Shown: positions 54,983 through 63,993, counted from the stretch's first letter. The stretch: DNA of 64,000 bases from a virus (IMGVR_UViG_3300008107_010192:11507-75506); one strand, 5' to 3'. Made by a program: numbers and translations. Notes: generated by a model not told the origin, from the letters alone.

Positions 54983-55600
54983 ATGATAGTTCACTTTATT
55001 TGGGTTGGGGATCGAAAAATTCCTCAGCATTTTTTGTCTAATCTGGAAAAGTTTAAATCCTTAAATCCCTCTGAAGAAATTCTGGAGTGGGACGATGAGC
55101 ATTTAATCCCATTAATTAAATCTTACGGCAGGGAAGAACTTTATTTTTCTTCTGGTATTTTCCACAAGTTACAAATTGCTAGATACACTGTTTTAGATTA
55201 CTATGGAGGAATTTACATAGACTATGATCTGAATTGGAAAGTCTCAGTCAAAGAAGGACTAGGATTAAGAACAGAAAGGGATCTGTGTTTAATTAAAAGA
55301 AGATCCCTATATTTCTACAAGAAAGAAGAATCAATCTTAAAGATTGATCTATTAGACGATTATGTAATTTTTGCTAAGCCTGGAATTACAAACGGGTTTA
55401 TAGATTATAGCCTGAACAGGTTCCTAGATAAATCTAGAATCAAAGAATGCCAAACTGAACCTTTCAGCGTGTATTCTTTGACTGAATGGGTTCACGATTC
55501 ACAATTCGATTTTGATTGTTTCGATCATACTGAGATATATGACAGCGGGGAATGTAAGCTAGCATATCATGATAACAAAAAAACCTGGGAGGGAAAATAA
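54983..55600 (+). CDS. GT32-like glycosyltransferase (sugar-binding region with DXD motif family)
   Basis: Start at Met26 of ORF 54908 (the upstream part is the tRNA). MIVHFIWVGDRKIPQ matches the IP.iIHqiWiG opening of the GT32/OCH1-type domain; GGIYIDYDLNW carries the D.D motif. Confidence 0.5.
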   Translation: MIVHFIWVGDRKIPQHFLSNLEKFKSLNPSEEILEWDDEHLIPLIKSYGREELYFSSGIFHKLQIARYTVLDYYGGIYIDYDLNWKVSVKEGLGLRTERDLCLIKRRSLYFYKKEESILKIDLLDDYVIFAKPGITNGFIDYSLNRFLDKSRIKECQTEPFSVYSLTEWVHDSQFDFDCFDHTEIYDSGECKLAYHDNKKTWEGK

Positions 55601-55602
55601 GA

Positions 55603-55914
55603 ATGCCGACTAAAAAAATAAAAGAGATAGTTAAAGAGTATAAGGATGCAACCGCCTTTGAGATTTTTGAGGGAGTTAGAGATAATTTTCTCTTTGGATT
55701 TATTGGAGCAACTTTGGTAGTTTTCATTTCGACCCGGTTAGATATAGGAGTTTTATTGGGTTATATTACATATTACTATTTTATGGGAAGAATTGTAAAT
55801 CGTCCTAAATACGTGACCTCCTTAGGAAAATTAATAGTTTTCCCCATTCCCTCTGCACTTGGGGCTTTTGCAGGATACAAGTTAGCTTATTATCTACATC
55901 TGATAATTCAATAA
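55603..55914 (+). CDS. small membrane protein
   Basis: 103 aa with three hydrophobic helices; ends 2 nt before the next tRNA. Confidence 0.35.
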   Translation: MPTKKIKEIVKEYKDATAFEIFEGVRDNFLFGFIGATLVVFISTRLDIGVLLGYITYYYFMGRIVNRPKYVTSLGKLIVFPIPSALGAFAGYKLAYYLHLIIQ

Positions 55915-55916
55915 CT

Positions 55917-55989
55917 ACACCCGTAGTTCAATGGATTAGAACACTTGACTACGGATCAAGAAATGTGGGTTCGACCCCTACCGGGTGTA
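55917..55989 (+). tRNA. tRNA-Arg (anticodon ACG)
   Basis: ACACCCG/CGGGTGT acceptor, TA-GTTC-AATGGATTA-GAAC D-arm, anticodon arm CTTGA-CTACGGA-TCAAG, T-arm GTGGG-TTCGACC-CCTAC. Confidence 0.7.
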
Positions 55990-56041
55990 CATTTTTTATT
56001 TTTAAAAAATCCTCGTAAATTTGATCCTAAATTAAAAAGCA

Positions 56042-56302
56042 ATGAAAAAGATTCTTCTATTCTTATTAGTTCTAGGATTTAGCTATTCCGTATTTGCTCA
56101 GGAACCTAAAACTGTTGAAGTTACAATTCAAAAATTTAGGGAAATTAAAAAAGATTTGGAAAAGAGGAAAATTGCCTACTATATAGATGCTGGCATTATC
56201 CACACAGAAAACTTCGGTAAAGAACCTAAAGAGATCTTGATTTATGTTTCCAAGGATGAAAACGGACTGAAACAGGTTTTAACTACTGGAAGTAGACCTT
56301 AA
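56042..56302 (+). CDS. small secreted protein
   Basis: Signal peptide MKKILLFLLVLGFSYSVFAQ, then an 86-aa product. Confidence 0.4.
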   Translation: MKKILLFLLVLGFSYSVFAQEPKTVEVTIQKFREIKKDLEKRKIAYYIDAGIIHTENFGKEPKEILIYVSKDENGLKQVLTTGSRP

Positions 56303-57504
56303 TTATCAACCTTACCAGATCCATGGGTGATTCCCCCCGTTCCTATTCCTCCTGTGGACTGTACAGCGGAACCTACCTCAACATTTGCAATCGCACTATT
56401 GTATGTTTTTGGCATTTCTCTTAAGATTCTATTTACTATTGCGTTAGAAAGCACGTTCCAGTATTTGGGTAAAAATTCATCAAATTCTGGGTAGTCCTTA
56501 AGTGTTTTTGGCTGGTAGATCTTTAGCATCTCCATGATTTGGGTTTTTATAGAGGTGGGATCGAAACTTTTGATGTCATTTGGCTGTGCACTTACAATTT
56601 TTTCAGCATATGGTTGGAGATCCACCTTATAAATTTTACTTAAATCCATCGGATAAAAATCCGATAAACCAGCAAGACAATATTGAAAAACAACAGCTAA
56701 ATAGTACGCCGGCGGTTCTTTTGCGAAAACCTTCTTCATCTCGCTAAATCCGAAAAACGAGCTAAATTTAGAATTCCATTTAGCATTATTTCTTAAGAAA
56801 TGAGCTGCTTTAATTCCATCAGCGATACTATCTCCTGAAACTACTATTTGATCATTAGAGCTAGTTTGAATTTCGTCTGGTTTTTGATCTTGTGATAAAG
56901 CTTCTTTGAGTTGATTCTCGAATCTTTTCACAAGATCGGCATATCCAGTTGAGATCCTAACTCCATTTGCTTGATCATATTTTCCATTAACACTTAGACC
57001 CATTCCTTTTCTAGTGACCTCTCCAATTTTGATCATCATGATTCCCTCAAATGGAAACTTATAATCAAACGAATTTTTAGTAACTGCAACATTCAAATAA
57101 TGCAAAGCTCTTAATAAAGCTAATAATCCATTTCCCGAACCCTCGACTTCCAAAACTGTGGAATTATTGAACGGAATCTTGACGGAACCGGTTTCTGTCA
57201 TTGTGTATTTTTTGCCATCAGCAGTTATTGTTAAATAATCCATTCCTGCTTTGACTTTTTTCCCGCTCGTTACACTCTCGAATTTTTTTGCAGCCCCTAT
57301 CTTTATCATCTCTTCTACTCCGCTTATTTTAAGCGAGGTTGTGGTATCCTGTTGAATACCTATAGGATTTGCAGCTCCCGCAAAAAGATTGTCAGTGTCT
57401 GTGGATCCTATAACGGCTATAAAACCTTTATCTGTTCCTTCCTGCTCTAAGATTGCATAGCTGTTTCTTTTTAAGAATTGATCGAACGTTTCTAGTATTT
57501 TCAT
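56299..57504 (-). CDS. hypothetical protein (possible virion/structural protein)
   Basis: 401-aa minus-strand ORF with Gly-rich C-terminus (GGIGTGGITHGSG); convergent with upstream genes. Confidence 0.35.
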   Translation of the reverse strand: MKILETFDQFLKRNSYAILEQEGTDKGFIAVIGSTDTDNLFAGAANPIGIQQDTTTSLKISGVEEMIKIGAAKKFESVTSGKKVKAGMDYLTITADGKKYTMTETGSVKIPFNNSTVLEVEGSGNGLLALLRALHYLNVAVTKNSFDYKFPFEGIMMIKIGEVTRKGMGLSVNGKYDQANGVRISTGYADLVKRFENQLKEALSQDQKPDEIQTSSNDQIVVSGDSIADGIKAAHFLRNNAKWNSKFSSFFGFSEMKKVFAKEPPAYYLAVVFQYCLAGLSDFYPMDLSKIYKVDLQPYAEKIVSAQPNDIKSFDPTSIKTQIMEMLKIYQPKTLKDYPEFDEFLPKYWNVLSNAIVNRILREMPKTYNSAIANVEVGSAVQSTGGIGTGGITHGSGKVDN

Positions 57505-57535
57505 AAAGATATATATCTTGTAAATATTCGTTTAT

Positions 57536-58330
57536 ATGAGAAAAATACAGTCATTTTCACAATTTGTCAGCGAAGCTCAATTTGCTATAAGTGATCCCTC
57601 AACAGCAGGAGAGAAATTAGCAGGTGTCCTAGTAGCTAATAAAGACGCAAAAGAAGAACCAAAGGGAAGTAATAAAGGACCGGAAGTAGACAAATATCTA
57701 CAATCAGTAGGATTAGGCCCAGGTTTACCCTGGTGTGCAGCCTTTGTTTATTATATTTTTGACCAGCTTTCCAAGCAACTTGGAACTTCAAACCCACTTC
57801 CTAAGACTGGAGGGGTAATGAATCACTGGAATAAATCAGACCAGGATGCAAAGATTACCATAGATCAAGCTAGGATCAATCCAAATTTAGTTAGGCCAGG
57901 ACAAGTATTTATAATGACCAGACCAGGTAAAGGATTGGGACATACTGGTATAATAGTATCAGTAGATCCACAAAAGAAAACCATGACAACTATGGAGGGT
58001 AACACCAACGATCAGCTTTCTGGTGAAGGTAACAGAGTCGGAACTAATGTGAGAAAATTGGATCAAGGAACCCTAGTAGGATTCTTGGATTATTTTAAAA
58101 CAAGTAGAACACCAGAATTTGAAGCAGATCTTTCTAAAGCAATAACAGGTCAAGCCACAGCATTACCTCCTCTTTCAGCTGACGATGTTCCAGGAGACGA
58201 TGTAGTAGGTCCGGTTAAAACCGATGCTGGAGGACAATTAATGGCTCAAGCTCTTGGTAATGTTGCAGCGGCAACTGCAAATATGGAAGCTCCTAGAACA
58301 CCAGAAGAAGTTCCGGTGGAACTTAGATAA
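57536..58330 (+). CDS. CHAP-domain peptidase (peptidoglycan hydrolase / endolysin-like)
   Basis: GPGLPWCAAFVYYIF (catalytic Cys in W.CaaFv context) and GKGLGHTGIIVSVD (catalytic His) in CHAP spacing. Confidence 0.55.
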   Translation: MRKIQSFSQFVSEAQFAISDPSTAGEKLAGVLVANKDAKEEPKGSNKGPEVDKYLQSVGLGPGLPWCAAFVYYIFDQLSKQLGTSNPLPKTGGVMNHWNKSDQDAKITIDQARINPNLVRPGQVFIMTRPGKGLGHTGIIVSVDPQKKTMTTMEGNTNDQLSGEGNRVGTNVRKLDQGTLVGFLDYFKTSRTPEFEADLSKAITGQATALPPLSADDVPGDDVVGPVKTDAGGQLMAQALGNVAAATANMEAPRTPEEVPVELR

Positions 58331-58365
58331 ATAGATTATTAAATACAAAAATATAATAAGTAGAT

Positions 58366-58662
58366 ATGAAACATCTTAAAGGATATAACGAAATAAGCGA
58401 AAGTTTTTTCGATTTTAATTTTGGAAGGCCTACCGCTACAAAGGCAGCTAAAGACAGTCTAAGAGGAACTGGGGTTTCTGGATATTCAAGGGGAGATCAA
58501 AATTACGGAGAAGCTCCAGATCCTAAGAAAGAGGTAGTAATTTTTCAAGGAAGGGAATTCACGCAGGATCAAATAGAATATGCTGGTTATAACGATCTTG
58601 GAGAAATTCCAAGAATTGAAGGAGATAAATTAATTATTGCAAATCCTGTTTGGGAAATGTAA
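58366..58662 (+). CDS. hypothetical protein
   Basis: 98-aa ORF. Confidence 0.3.
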   Translation: MKHLKGYNEISESFFDFNFGRPTATKAAKDSLRGTGVSGYSRGDQNYGEAPDPKKEVVIFQGREFTQDQIEYAGYNDLGEIPRIEGDKLIIANPVWEM

Positions 58663-58824
58663 TTTTTTTCTTAAATTTACACGAAACAAAAAATAACGTT
58701 TGATATATAACAAACATCTCATGAAGACTCAGTTCACATATAATTGCAACCAAATGCCTGAACAAGGTAATAAGGGGGATTATATGGATACGGATCTGGG
58801 TTAACATGTCTAAAATATAAATTG

Positions 58825-58855
58825 AAAAACCCAGATCCAAAAGGTCTGGGTTTTT
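58825..58855. terminator. rho-independent terminator hairpin (copy 2 of the AAAAACCCAGATC...GGTCTGGGTTTTT motif)
   Basis: AAAAACCCAGATC-CAAAAG-GTCTGGGTTTTT immediately upstream of the second tRNA array; same arms as 52061. Confidence 0.5.
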
Positions 58856-58863
58856 CTTTTGAT

Positions 58864-58935
58864 GGCGATTTGGCCGAGTGGTTCAGGCAGGGGTCTGCAA
58901 AACCTCTTACTCCAGTTCGACTCTGGAAATCGCCT
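58864..58935 (+). tRNA. tRNA-Cys (anticodon GCA)
   Basis: GGCGATT/AATCGCC acceptor, anticodon arm GGGGT-CTGCAAA-ACCTC, T-arm TCCAG-TTCGACT-CTGGA. Confidence 0.75.
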
Positions 58936-58943
58936 CAGAAATT

Positions 58944-59015
58944 GGGGATATAGCTCAGCGGTAGAGCAAGCGACTGTTAATCGCTAGGTCATAGGTTCGA
59001 ATCCTTTTATCCCCG
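58944..59015 (+). tRNA. tRNA-Asn (anticodon GTT)
   Basis: GGGGATA/TATCCCC acceptor, TAGCTCAGCGGTAGAGC D-arm, anticodon arm AGCGA-CTGTTAA-TCGCT, T-loop TTCGAAT. Confidence 0.8.
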
Positions 59016-59045
59016 CAGATGGTTCTTTGACATATTGGAAAACTT

Positions 59046-59117
59046 GGCCCCGTCGTCTAATGGTTAGGACGCCTCCCTTTCACGGAGGAAATTTCGGTTC
59101 GACTCCGTGCGGGGCTA
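59046..59117 (+). tRNA. tRNA-Glu (anticodon TTC)
   Basis: GGCCCCG/CGGGGCT acceptor, TC-GTCT-AATGGTTA-GGAC D-arm as in bacterial tRNA-Glu, anticodon arm CCTCC-CTTTCAC-GGAGG, T-loop TTCGACT. Confidence 0.75.
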
Positions 59118-59125
59118 CATTCGAG

Positions 59126-59198
59126 GATCTCTTAGCTCAATCGGTAGAGCACTACACTTTTAATGTAGGGGTTTTGGGTTCGAGTCCCAAAGGGATCA
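59126..59198 (+). tRNA. tRNA-Lys (anticodon TTT)
   Basis: GATCTCT/AGGGATC acceptor, TAGCTCAATCGGTAGAGC D-arm, anticodon arm CTACA-CTTTTAA-TGTAG, T-arm TTGGG-TTCGAGT-CCCAA. Confidence 0.75.
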
Positions 59199-59287
59199 CA
59201 TAATACCTTATTATAAGCTCATAGCTGAACTCTAATTTTTAATCAGATTTAGATACTATAAGCTAAAATAATCTCTTTAAACAAAGC

Positions 59288-59369
59288 GGGAGCATCGCAT
59301 AGCGGCAATTGCAAGGGACTGTAAATCCCTCCTCTTACGAGTTCGGTGGTTCGAGTCCACCTGCTCCCA
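59288..59369 (+). tRNA. tRNA-Tyr (anticodon GTA), bacterial type with long variable arm
   Basis: GGGAGCA/TGCTCCC acceptor, anticodon arm AGGGA-CTGTAAA-TCCCT, long variable arm, T-arm GGTGG-TTCGAGT-CCACC. Confidence 0.8.
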
Positions 59370-59453
59370 CAAATCAGAAGCGGTAAGAAGCGTTACTTCA
59401 TCAAAATTGGATTTGACAACAACACACGCTGATTAAATATTCTCTGATTTTAT

Positions 59454-59524
59454 TGCCCGATGGTGTAATGGCAGCACAAGTGGTTTTGGTCCACTTAGTC
59501 TAGGTTCGAATCCTAGTCGGGCAT
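59454..59524 (+). tRNA. tRNA-Gln (anticodon TTG)
   Basis: TGCCCGA/TCGGGCA acceptor (U1-A72 as in bacterial tRNA-Gln), anticodon arm AGTGG-TTTTGGT-CCACT, T-arm CTAGG-TTCGAAT-CCTAG. Confidence 0.7.
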
Positions 59525-59529
59525 CATTA

Positions 59530-60186
59530 TTACCAATAATAGGATTCCCATTTAAATTTTTCAATCGGAGTAAATACTGGTTCTTTTGTTCCGTATGATG
59601 CACGCTTCTCCACATCATCTTTAGGATTTTGAAGAATTTGGAGTGCATAATCTACAATTCTGGGTCCATGAGGTAAAACGTGAGTAACTTTATATCGGGA
59701 TGCAAATTCTTTCACCCTGTTTATTATTTCAGGTAATATCTCATAGTATTTTTCACTGTATCTTGATCCCCATGTTCTTTCAATTTTAAGATAATTTTCT
59801 GAATCCCATGATGCTCCGGGGGCGTAAACCTTTATAGGGGAGAATTGATAAACAGTATCTATATACATAGGATGATAATAGGAGATAAGACACTCAAGTT
59901 CTTCCAGCTTATTTCCTATGAACCCCTTTATATTTTTTTCCGCATGTTCTGCTCTTTTGATCTCGTCATTATTTAAGGTGAATCCCCCCCTCCACCCAAG
60001 ATAACATGCATCAATTAATTTGGACTGATTTCTCTCGCTGAAAAGTTCCTCTATCTTTTCCTCGTTATAAATTGGCCCAGTTATTACTGTTCTATTATGG
60101 AGGATTTTTTTAAATTCCATCCCGAATAGATCTCTTCCTTTCTGAGAGATACCATAAAAACTCTCGTAAATTGTTAGATGTCTCAC
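59530..60186 (-). CDS. hypothetical protein
   Basis: 218-aa minus-strand ORF; no motif recognised. Confidence 0.35.
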   Translation of the reverse strand: MRHLTIYESFYGISQKGRDLFGMEFKKILHNRTVITGPIYNEEKIEELFSERNQSKLIDACYLGWRGGFTLNNDEIKRAEHAEKNIKGFIGNKLEELECLISYYHPMYIDTVYQFSPIKVYAPGASWDSENYLKIERTWGSRYSEKYYEILPEIINRVKEFASRYKVTHVLPHGPRIVDYALQILQNPKDDVEKRASYGTKEPVFTPIEKFKWESYYW

Positions 60187-60259
60187 AAATCTATATATTC
60201 CGCATTTTTTATTAATAATCCTCTTTATTAAATTTGGGATAGATAGGAAACACTTTTAT

Positions 60260-60754
60260 ATGAAAACGAAAAAAATATTAGTGCTAATTTTTCTTTTTTT
60301 AATTCCAGCTTGGGAATTTCAAAAAGAACCAGATTTTAAATTCTTCAAAATAATTCCGGAGGAGGTAGAAAAAATTTCTCATCAAAATCTTTATAATGAA
60401 ATTATTGAAAGCGGAATAAAATTCCCCGAAATAGCTTTCGTACAGGCAATTATAGAATCCGGGAATTTTACATCCGGGCTTTTTAAAAAGCATAACAATC
60501 TTTTTGGAATGAGATTTCCAGGAAGGAGAGAAACAACTTCTATAGGTAGAAACAAAAGGGGATATGCAAGATACGAAGATTGGGACGATAGCGTAAAGGA
60601 TTATTTTCATTGGCAATCCTTTTTTATGAGAAGGAGAGACATCAACACCAAAGAAGAGTATCTAGATCTTTTAGATGATGTGTATGCTGAAGATAAATCT
60701 TATGTTACTGTTATTAGAAAGAATATAAAGCAATACAAACACATTTTTGATTAA
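60260..60754 (+). CDS. GH73-family N-acetylglucosaminidase (FlgJ-type glucosaminidase domain) with signal peptide
   Basis: Signal peptide MKTKKILVLIFLFLIPAWE; EIAFVQAIIESGNFTSGLFKKHNNLFGMRF matches the glucosaminidase (PF01832) A..ESg.g.S.l....NN.FGik core. Confidence 0.65.
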   Translation: MKTKKILVLIFLFLIPAWEFQKEPDFKFFKIIPEEVEKISHQNLYNEIIESGIKFPEIAFVQAIIESGNFTSGLFKKHNNLFGMRFPGRRETTSIGRNKRGYARYEDWDDSVKDYFHWQSFFMRRRDINTKEEYLDLLDDVYAEDKSYVTVIRKNIKQYKHIFD

Positions 60755-60755
60755 T

Positions 60756-60829
60756 GGACCGGTAGTTCAGCTGGTTAGAATGCCGCCCTGTCACGGCGGA
60801 GGTCGCGGGTTCGAGTCCCGTCCGGTCCG
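60756..60829 (+). tRNA. tRNA-Asp (anticodon GTC)
   Basis: GGACCGG/CCGGTCC acceptor, TAGTTCAGCTGGTTAGAAT D-arm, anticodon arm GCCGC-CTGTCAC-GCGGA, T-arm GCGGG-TTCGAGT-CCCGT. Confidence 0.8.
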
Positions 60830-60830
60830 C

Positions 60831-60874
60831 AAATGGTCAAAATTTGAGTAGTAAAACGGTCAAAATTTGAGTAG
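60831..60874. repeat. tandem direct repeat 2 x AAA(T/C)GGTCAAAATTTGAGTAG (period 23 nt)
   Basis: aaatGGTCAAAATTTGAGTAGtaaaacGGTCAAAATTTGAGTAG between tRNA-Asp and tRNA-Gly; candidate protein-binding or promoter element. Confidence 0.5.
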
Positions 60875-60927
60875 CAAATAATTACTAGGAACTTTTAAAA
60901 TTTTTTAGCATATAATTTCGGATACTA

Positions 60928-61000
60928 GCAGCGGTGGTGTTCAATGGTAGCACGCCAGCCTTCCAAGCTGGACGAGAGGGTTCGAATCCCTTTCGCTGCT
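60928..61000 (+). tRNA. tRNA-Gly (anticodon TCC)
   Basis: GCAGCGG/TCGCTGC acceptor, anticodon arm CCAGC-CTTCCAA-GCTGG, T-arm GAGGG-TTCGAAT-CCCTT. Confidence 0.75.
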
Positions 61001-61009
61001 CAATATAAT

Positions 61010-61043
61010 AAACCAGATTCTGTCTAATAATCACATCTGGTTT
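61010..61043 (+). terminator. rho-independent terminator-like hairpin
   Basis: AAACCAGAT-(16 nt loop)-ATCTGGTTT followed by ATTTAGT; sits between the two tRNA-Gly genes. Confidence 0.35.
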
Positions 61044-61067
61044 ATTTAGTAAAAACAGGTTTAGTAA

Positions 61068-61140
<73 letters not shown>

Positions 61141-61175
61141 CAAAATATAAAAACAAGTATTTTTATAAATAGAAC

Positions 61176-62264
61176 ATGACTGATTATCTAATAGTTGGAG
61201 CTGGACTTTACGGATCTATTGTTGCAAACGAATTAAAAAAATCAGGTAAGTCAGTTATTGTAATAGATCAGAGAGATCATATTGGAGGAAACTGTTTCAC
61301 ACAAAGCATAGATGGTATTAATGTTCATAAATATGGGCCCCATATATTTCACACAGATAATCTAAGTGTTTGGAATTACATTCAAAAATTCTGCGATTTT
61401 AATCATTTTAGCTACAGACCAAGGGTTAACTATAAAGGAAAAATATATTCCTTTCCGATCAACTTACTAACTTTTCAACAAGTATATGGTATCAGTTCTC
61501 CTGCTGAAGTCCAGAAATTACTGGAAGAGATAAGGATTTTTCACGAGGATCCAAAAAACATGGAAGAATGGATGCTAGATCAAATTGGACCAGATCTTTA
61601 TAAAATTTTTATAGAAGGGTATACTACAAAACAGTGGGGAAGATCTCCGAAGGAACTTCCTGCTTCCATAGTAAAAAGAATTCCAATACGTCTAACTTTT
61701 GATGATAATTACTATAATCATCCATACCAAGGAATCCCAGTTGGCGGGTACACACAGATTTTTGAAAAACTTCTTAATGGTATAGACGTCAGATTAAATC
61801 ACAATTATTTTGATAATAAAGAATTTTTTGACTCTCTAGCAAAGAATGTAATTTACACCGGTCCGATAGACAGATTCTATAATTATGAATTTGGAAAATT
61901 AGAATATAGATCCTTAGATTTTAAAACAGAACTTTTAGATATTCCGGATTTTCAGGGGGTAGCTGGGGTTAATTATACAGATTTAGATGTACCATATACA
62001 AGAATAGTAGAACACAAACATTTTGAATTTGGAAAACAAAACCACACGATCATCACAAAAGAATATTCAAAATCGTTAGGTGATCCCTACTATCCAATAA
62101 ATGACGGAAGAAATCAAAAGATTTATGAAGTGTATAGATCCAAGTCCGTGGAAAATCCGAAGTTTAATTTTGGCGGAAGATTAGCAGAGTATAAGTATTA
62201 TGACATGCATCAAATAATCTCGCAAGCCCTTGATTTCTCTTCGAAAATTAGAATCAAAAATTAA
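61176..62264 (+). CDS. glf: UDP-galactopyranose mutase
   Basis: DYLIVGAGLYGSIVANEL (FAD Rossmann GxGxxG), VIDQRDHIGGNCFT, VHKYGPHIFHT: hallmark Glf motifs; 362 aa. Confidence 0.85.
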   Translation: MTDYLIVGAGLYGSIVANELKKSGKSVIVIDQRDHIGGNCFTQSIDGINVHKYGPHIFHTDNLSVWNYIQKFCDFNHFSYRPRVNYKGKIYSFPINLLTFQQVYGISSPAEVQKLLEEIRIFHEDPKNMEEWMLDQIGPDLYKIFIEGYTTKQWGRSPKELPASIVKRIPIRLTFDDNYYNHPYQGIPVGGYTQIFEKLLNGIDVRLNHNYFDNKEFFDSLAKNVIYTGPIDRFYNYEFGKLEYRSLDFKTELLDIPDFQGVAGVNYTDLDVPYTRIVEHKHFEFGKQNHTIITKEYSKSLGDPYYPINDGRNQKIYEVYRSKSVENPKFNFGGRLAEYKYYDMHQIISQALDFSSKIRIKN

Positions 62265-62866
62265 TTTTTGTGATCCTTGTCTTCGCAAAGCATTTCTAAT
62301 TGTTCCCAGCTAAATTTTGGCTTTTCATTTAAAAAAACAAAGCATCTCCACTTTTTTTGAGACTCAAAGTAGATATGCTTTTGTAGGTGGGAGGGAATGG
62401 CAGCATTTGTCTCAACTCTTTTAACGGGATTGTCAAAAAATATTTTAATTAATACAGTGATATTTTCTTTATCGTCCCATTTTCTGATCTGCTCCTCCAA
62501 TAATCTCCATTCACCCCTATTCAGATACTGATTTTGCATAATGCAATTAAGGTAAGAAAATGTTTGCTTTAGGTTTTCCATGTTGTCAGAAAATGTAGCA
62601 GCAGGTGCTCCATGTCCTTTATCATACACATTTTTTACATAATCATCAGCATCCGAAGTTTTGACTGATTTTTCTGTGTAAAAATCCATTGATCCCCTAT
62701 TAACATTAGTAGGTCTGTTGGTTGATCTATATTTGATCCATAAAGGCTGCTCTAATTTCTGCGAATATAAAACTTCAAACACTTGATTTTTAATTCTTAC
62801 TGTGTCTTGGGCTTTTAATACTACTGATAGTGATAAAAATAGAAGTACTGATAAAATTCTTTTCAT
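62261..62866 (-). CDS. secreted DNA/RNA non-specific endonuclease (Endonuclease_NS / NucA-like)
   Basis: Signal peptide MKRILSVLLFLSLSVVLKAQ; YDKGHGAPAATF matches the D-R-G-H...PAA active-site motif of Serratia-type nucleases. Confidence 0.6.
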   Translation of the reverse strand: MKRILSVLLFLSLSVVLKAQDTVRIKNQVFEVLYSQKLEQPLWIKYRSTNRPTNVNRGSMDFYTEKSVKTSDADDYVKNVYDKGHGAPAATFSDNMENLKQTFSYLNCIMQNQYLNRGEWRLLEEQIRKWDDKENITVLIKIFFDNPVKRVETNAAIPSHLQKHIYFESQKKWRCFVFLNEKPKFSWEQLEMLCEDKDHKN

Positions 62867-62868
62867 GT

Positions 62869-63687
62869 TTATTTTTTTCTTTTTAACTCTTTCATCGGAA
62901 CATTTACATGTTTACCGAACGGCATTTGTTTACTGCTTATCATTGCCCAAATAATTTTTTTGTGCCATTTTGGTTTTTCAGGGTCGTGAGCACCACCGTC
63001 AGTAAAGTATATGAGGCAGGCAAGATCTTTTCCTTTTTTTAGAATGTTATCTTCTGCCCATTTTATAGGCGGGTCAAATCCAAGTTCGTTACCACCCGTA
63101 GATCCCTGTTTAGAAGGATCTAATTTTTGAGTTGGGTATTTTAAATAATCTATACCATCTATGTCATCACTGCAATAGATTATCCAAATTTCTTCAGGAG
63201 AAAAAGCTTTAAGTATACTTCTAGCTTCTGTCAAGAAAGTATTATATTCTTCGGATCCTATACTTCCGGAGGTATCAACTGCAATTACAACTGATCCAAA
63301 TCCCTCTTCCTTTCCTCTTAGACCAGGAAGGTAAATGCCTTGACTAGCATATCTTCTGTTTGGTATTTTATACATTGTAGGTTCCTCGTTGGCAGTCGAA
63401 ACGTATCTTTGTAATATTTTTCTCCAATTAATCTGTGGATTAGCTAATCTTTCAACGAATTTTCTAAGAGCCCCTGATCCTCCTCCACTGCCCATTCCTC
63501 TGTTTGCAGCATTGTTTACTATTTCTTTTACCTTGTCTTTTACAGATTTTCTTTCCTTCTGTATTGGTTTTTCTTTCTGTGGATTCCAATCCCCCTTCTC
63601 TTGATCTGGCTTATCTGGATCCCCATCTTTCCATTCGCTTTCTTTTTCGTCAGAAATGATTTTGTATTTTCCTTTTTGTACGTACAT
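62869..63687 (-). CDS. von Willebrand factor A (vWA) domain protein with lysine-rich N-terminus
   Basis: VVIAVDTSGSIGSEEY (MIDAS DxSxS), later ACLIYFTDGGAHDP (TDG metal-site motif). Confidence 0.55.
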   Translation of the reverse strand: MYVQKGKYKIISDEKESEWKDGDPDKPDQEKGDWNPQKEKPIQKERKSVKDKVKEIVNNAANRGMGSGGGSGALRKFVERLANPQINWRKILQRYVSTANEEPTMYKIPNRRYASQGIYLPGLRGKEEGFGSVVIAVDTSGSIGSEEYNTFLTEARSILKAFSPEEIWIIYCSDDIDGIDYLKYPTQKLDPSKQGSTGGNELGFDPPIKWAEDNILKKGKDLACLIYFTDGGAHDPEKPKWHKKIIWAMISSKQMPFGKHVNVPMKELKRKK

Positions 63688-63753
63688 ATTAAACTTCTAT
63701 ATCTCCGTTTTTATAAACCTTCTTTATAGTTTTAATAGCTCCGCTATCTAATC

Positions 63754-63993
63754 TTACTTTTTGTCCGGTTTTAGGTAACTCCAATTCTCCGGATCCTCCC
63801 TCGGCATTTCCTGATCCTCCTTCACCTTCACCTTCTCCTTCACCTTCACCTTCTCCCTCGCCTTCTCCTTCACCTTCACCTTCTCCTTCACCTTCACCTT
63901 CTCCCTCGCCTTCTCCTTCACCTTCTCCCTCGCCTTCTCCTTCACCTTCACCTTCACCCTCGCCTTCACCTTCTCCTTCACCTTCTCCTTCAC
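63754..63993 (-). CDS. lysine/glutamate-rich KEKV-repeat protein (may extend beyond window end)
   Basis: Translation is almost entirely (V/A)KEK(V/A)(K/R)EK repeats, encoded by tandem ccttcaccttctcc units that run to position 64000. Confidence 0.3.
   Translation of the reverse strand: MKEKVKEKVKARVKVKVKEKAREKVKEKAREKVKVKEKVKVKEKAREKVKVKEKVKVKEDQEMPREDPENWSYLKPDKK

Noticed and set aside
59433-59648. ORF 59433..59648- overlapping tRNA-Gln and ORF 60885..61094- overlapping the two tRNA-Gly genes
   Set aside because: Antisense to tRNAs; spurious.
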